Shown piece by piece: positions 59,683 to 64,000 of a stretch of 64,000 nucleotides of DNA (position 1 is its first letter; every line of letters begins with the position of its first letter). Under the pieces are notes generated by a model. That model saw nothing but the letters and a program-made list of their open reading frames with translations. It was not told the origin of the DNA and searched no databases. This DNA is from Bugula neritina (Eukaryota > Animalia > Bryozoa). Both the position numbers and the translations under genes were made by a program. The stretch spans positions 30,892,628-30,956,627 of the forward strand of contig OZ037767.1 of NCBI GenBank assembly GCA_964035545.1, read 5' to 3'.

Positions 59683-62600
59683 CCTGACTCTCCATTTGCA
59701 AATAAAGTGTTTGTTTGGTGATTGATCATAATTCTTGAGTTTTTACCCGTACTGAGTGAACAACTCGGTGGTTCTGGGTCTGTCAGGCATCCCACGTGGT
59801 AATCTGCTAAATACTTTGGGGGTCTTCCGTCCCTTTTGCTCCTTTTCAGGGTATCAGATATTGGTATATTGGACTGGCTGTGGGGTTCGTCGGTCTGGGA
59901 GGTTTCATCTTGCGTTCTTGCTGGTGAGGGAATGTCTTCCGGCCCAGGGGTCACTGGGGCCAGGCTCGGGATTGGTCGGTTTCCTAACTGAGGTTGGGAT
60001 GGTGGCTCAGGCGTGTCATTGGGCTCTTCGGGGTCACGGACGAAGTCTTCCCAGTCTCTAGGCCGAGTCACCCTCTCGAGAGAGATGGGTTGGCGGGCTG
60101 GTTCCAGCAATGGAGGTGCCTGTCCTGCAGCTTCCGGGCTGCCATAGCAGGGTTTTAACTGCTGCTCGTTTTGGACAGAGATCTGTCCTGAGCGCTCCAC
60201 ATGGTATGTGTGGTTGGGTAAAACCTCTACTACGCAGTAGGGTCCGATGAACTTGGGCTGCAGTTTAGCCGACTGTCCGCGACGCCTACGGTAACTGACC
60301 ATCCATACCCAGTCTCCTACTTGGTACAAGGGAGGCTCCTCTGAATCTTCCGTTCGCACTGCCCACTGCTTCTTTCGTAGGGCTTCGTGAGCTTCTCCCA
60401 TCATTTTTCTCAGCTTTCCCACGTACTCGTGTACTGGGAACTCGGGTGCTGGAACATGATACGTCAGGTGTTCAGGGACGCGGGTTTCACGGCCAAGCAT
60501 CAACAAATTCGGTGTTTCTTGTGTGCTGGAGTGAGGCGTACTACAGTACGCCCGCATGATTTGTGGTAGCATGACGTCCCACTCCTCCTGGCTCCTGCCC
60601 AAAAGGAGACTCCTGAGGGCGTCGCCCAGCATCCGGATATTTCTCTCGACAACCCCATTTCCTTGTGGGTGATATGGGGTGGTCCGGCTCTGATTCACCC
60701 CCCCCCATATCCGGCAGAGGTCTCCCATTAGCTGTGACTGGAACTGGGCACCCTGCTCCGTGTGGATCTGTTCCGGTAACCCGAAGTAGCAGAACACTTG
60801 TTGGTCCAGGGTCCGGGCTACCGTGGGGGCTGACACGTCTTGGATGGCCAGGGCGTCCGCCCACCGAGTGAAGTGGTCCGTGAGCACCAATATCCAGGTG
60901 TTCCCTCTATCAGACAACGGCATCAGTCCAACAAGGTCCACAGCCACGACTTGCCAGGGTCGAGCAGCGTACAGCCGGCGTCAACCCGTGGTTTCAGTGA
61001 GACGACTGTGTTTGCTAGCTTGACAGACCTCACATTGTTGCATTCTCAGTCGTACGACTCTGGTCATTCCGGGCCAGTACCATCGCATCTGCAGACACCT
61101 GACGACCCGACTGGCTCCAGCATGAGCCTGTTTATGGGTGTCCCAGATCAGTTCCCTTCGGAGAGCGCGTGAGCATATGACGCGGTCTTTCTCCTGTTGA
61201 CAGTTGTCTGCTGTCAGCGTCATTGTCAGAAGGCCATCCGGACGGATCTGGAGGAAATTCCAACAGTGGCAGAGAAGTTGGAACTCAACGTCTCCCTGCC
61301 GCTGCTGTTCCTTGGTAGGTTGTCGCCTTCTTTCTTGGCCCGGAAGATATCAGCTACCGCTCCTAATAGCGTCTCTTGCAGTCGGCACAGCTCCTCAACG
61401 TCAAGGCGAGCGGGTCCTCCGTCCCGTTTCTCAATGTGCAGGCATTGCTTACAGTCCTCCACCGGCCGGCGACTCATGCCGTCGATGTTCCCGTGCTTCT
61501 TGCCGGTACGGTGCTCTATCCGGCAGGAGAACTCAGCAAGAATCTCTAGCCAGCGAGCCACCTGGCTCGAGGGCTCAGCACACTTGCACAACCATATCAG
61601 TGATGCATGATCTGTTCGTAATCTGAACATTCTCCCATACAGATACGGCCAGAAGTGCTTGACCACCTTGACTACTGCTAGGAGCTCCTTCCTAGTAGTG
61701 CAGTAGTTCTCGGCAGCCGCGAGAGTCTTGCTGTAGTAAGCTACAACCACCTCACTTCCACCCTGGACTTGGGACAGAACAGCTCCCACGCTGTGGTCGT
61801 TGGCGTTGGTATCCAGGATGTACTCTTTGGCTGGATCAGGATACGCCAGAATTGGCACCTCCATTAGCCGATGCTTGAGGTGGTAGAATGTCTGTTGCTC
61901 CTCCTGTGTCCACGGCCACCGGACTTCCTTGGCGGTTAGCCGATACAAAGGCTGAGCCACTCCTGCAAACCCGGGTATGTACTGCCTGTAGTACCCTACC
62001 AGGCCCAGGAATGCCCGCAACTCAGGGAGGTCCCGGGGGACAGTCCACTCCTTCACAGCTTGTACCTTCTCCGGGTCAGCAGCAACCCCATCATGGCCAA
62101 CCACATGGCCCAGGTACGTGACTTCCGGATGTAGGAGTGCACACTTGAAGGGCTTCAGCTTCAGTCCAGCTGCCCGGAGGCGGTCAAAGACCTCCCGCAG
62201 ACGACTGACATGAGTCGCAAAGTCTGGGTAGATAACAATGACATCATCTAGATAGATGAGGAGGGTCTTCCATTGTAACCCACTGAGGACCTGCTTCATG
62301 AGTCGTTGGAAAGTTGCCAGGGCGGACGTAAGCCCGAATGGCAGTACTTTCCATTTCCAGAGCCCATCGTGGGTGATGAATGCTGCTTTGTCCTGTTCAT
62401 CAGGGCTGAGGGGCACTTGCCAGTACCCGCTAAGCAGATCCAAAGTGCTGAAGTACTTGCTCCCCGCGAGGGCATCCAGAGATTCATCTATCCGAGGGAG
62501 AGGGTAAGCGTCCTGGATGGTAGCACTGTTGAGCTTGCGGTAGTCCACGCAGAACCTCCAACTACCATTCTTCTTCTTGACCAGGACTACTGGAGAACTC

Positions 62601-63047
62601 CACGCACTGTGGGCAGGCTCAATCAGGTCCCGATCGAGAAGATCCTGCACCTGCCGGCTTACCTCCTTCTCCGGGCCTAGACATCGGGTTGGCTGCCTGA
62701 TAGGGGTGGTGCCAGCTGCCAGGGGTATCTCGTGGGAGATAACCTTGGTCAGCCCCATGTCCCCATCTCCGCGACTGAAGACATCACTGTACTCCATGAG
62801 TAGTTGAGCCAGTACTTGGTGTTCAGTACTACTCGTACAGTTGTCACACGCTCCACCATACAGATCAGCCAAGTGCTTCGGGACTGCTCCTCGACTGGTA
62901 CGAGGGAGGTTTCCCTGGGTGTCAGCCACTGTCTCTAGTGCCGGCCCCACATCCATTTCCTGGATGGAGTGGTACTTCCCCACCAGCGCCCCAGCCGATA
63001 ATCGGACCGGTTCCGTGAAGGGGTTGATACACTGCACGAGGAGCTCT
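59679..63047 (-). pseudogene. Gypsy pol (RT, RNase H, integrase, GPY/F) broken by stops/frameshifts
   Basis: SAWSSPVVLVKKKNGSWRFCVDYRKLN, LPFGL, YLDD, YCTTRKELLA, H..AH...C.VC, AVDLVG, GPY. Split over ORFs 61226-63070, 60981-61223 and 59679-60947. Confidence 0.92.
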
Positions 63048-63327
63048 CTCACCCACTTATATAGCAACAAATTTTCCCGCCGCCGAAACCGTCTGATGTT
63101 CGGCCGAAGTTCGAAGTTCCGGTTGCCAAAACTGTCCGATATCGGACAGAATCGCGCTTCCGGACTCTGATTTCAGCCGAACATCGGCTCACACAAATTA
63201 TTAAGATTAACACAAAAAATTGGCGGGAGAATACAACTCATAAAAAAATACAAGAATACTAAGTAAGGATATTAGTTTATATAACTCGCAATTTTACCAC
63301 AATAACTAATGTCACCTCTGTGAATAC

Positions 63328-64000
63328 CAAGTGTATCGAGAATTATAAAATTAAAAAGAAGATTAAATGCTTCCGCGGATTGAGATACTTTTGATATTTG
63401 GCCAACAATTGGTCTAAGATTGGCCAATTATTGGACAGTTTTGTGCAATGATGTGAATCTTTTAACCAGTTCAACGGTGCTCCGCGATCACCGACCTTGC
63501 AGGGTGAGGTGTTTACTTTGGATCACGTACACTTTATATAACTTGAATTTTATTATTCGACCGTGGTTGTTTGAAAAATTCAACAAAAAGCAGGTCATTC
63601 GGCCAAACTCATTTGTTTTAAAATATTAAACAAAGTAAAAACAACGTTTCAACTACTAGGCTGTGGTTGTTTACTAAAAGTAAGTAAATCTAATACTAGA
63701 GTCTAGTTACTAGTAGACGTAGTAGCCGTAGGTGGCGTACTGATTGTAAATTACTAAAAGTAAATCACTGTAAGTCACTCTTAGTAAGTGTAAGATTAAG
63801 TGTAAGACCTACAGTTACTCTTAGACTCACTCTAACAGTAAGAGTAAGATTCACACTGACAGTGACACTCACACGGATACTGATAGATATACTTTTTAGT
63901 CATATTGATATTGATATTCATAGTGATACTGATCACTAATACTAATAGACAATAGTGTATGGTACACAAAGTTAAAAATAAAAGTTATTATAATTATAGT
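63328..64000. repeat. Continuation of the segmental duplication: copy of the bidirectional promoter region
   Basis: Aligns to about 46968-47560 (aaaaagaagattaaatg, ttggccaacaattggtctaagattggccaattattggacag, ggatcacgtacac, gccaaactcatttgttttaaaata). Confidence 0.9.

Larger units (their letters stand above)
58000..63301 (-). mobile_element. Decayed Ty3/Gypsy LTR retrotransposon with gag/protease deleted and an extra 3' ORF
   Basis: LTR homology 58071-58322 vs 63048-63301 (about 93% identical); PPT GGGGAGGGTGAG next to 58322; RT/RNase H/integrase remnants. The left boundary of the 3' LTR is not resolved. Confidence 0.9.

Overview
AT-rich, intron-rich animal (invertebrate) genomic DNA; it is not prokaryotic. 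Gene models were spliced by hand using GT/GC-AG boundaries and reading-frame phase. Left to right: a possible first exon of a gene running off the left edge (-); a long (GT)n tract; a complete 8-exon DDI1 gene (-); a non-autonomous hAT element with a foldback MITE nested in it; three tandem 5-exon apolipoprotein D-like lipocalin genes (-); an orphan 211-aa ORF (+); an 8-exon RhoGAP gene (+); an MDC1-like tandem-BRCT gene (-) whose first intron carries an intact Ty3/Gypsy element with identical 120-bp LTRs; a probable bidirectional promoter; a 6-exon multi-pass membrane protein gene (+); and an orphan terminal exon rich in YxxP motifs (-). The right end is a local duplicate of the MDC1 5' region and promoter, interrupted by an RTE-like LINE fragment and a decayed Gypsy element with an extra zinc-finger/coiled-coil ORF. 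The most notable unexplained patterns are: (1) a cryptic 6-bp A[C/G]T periodicity apparently confined to promoter-proximal first introns; (2) lipocalins lacking the family Trp, with an extra Cys pair and clustered D-box motifs; (3) an apparently FHA-less MDC1 built from symmetric exons, many carrying one TQ motif; (4) minisatellites that duplicate splice sites; (5) the Gypsy accessory zinc-finger ORF. No databases were searched, and all counts were made by eye.
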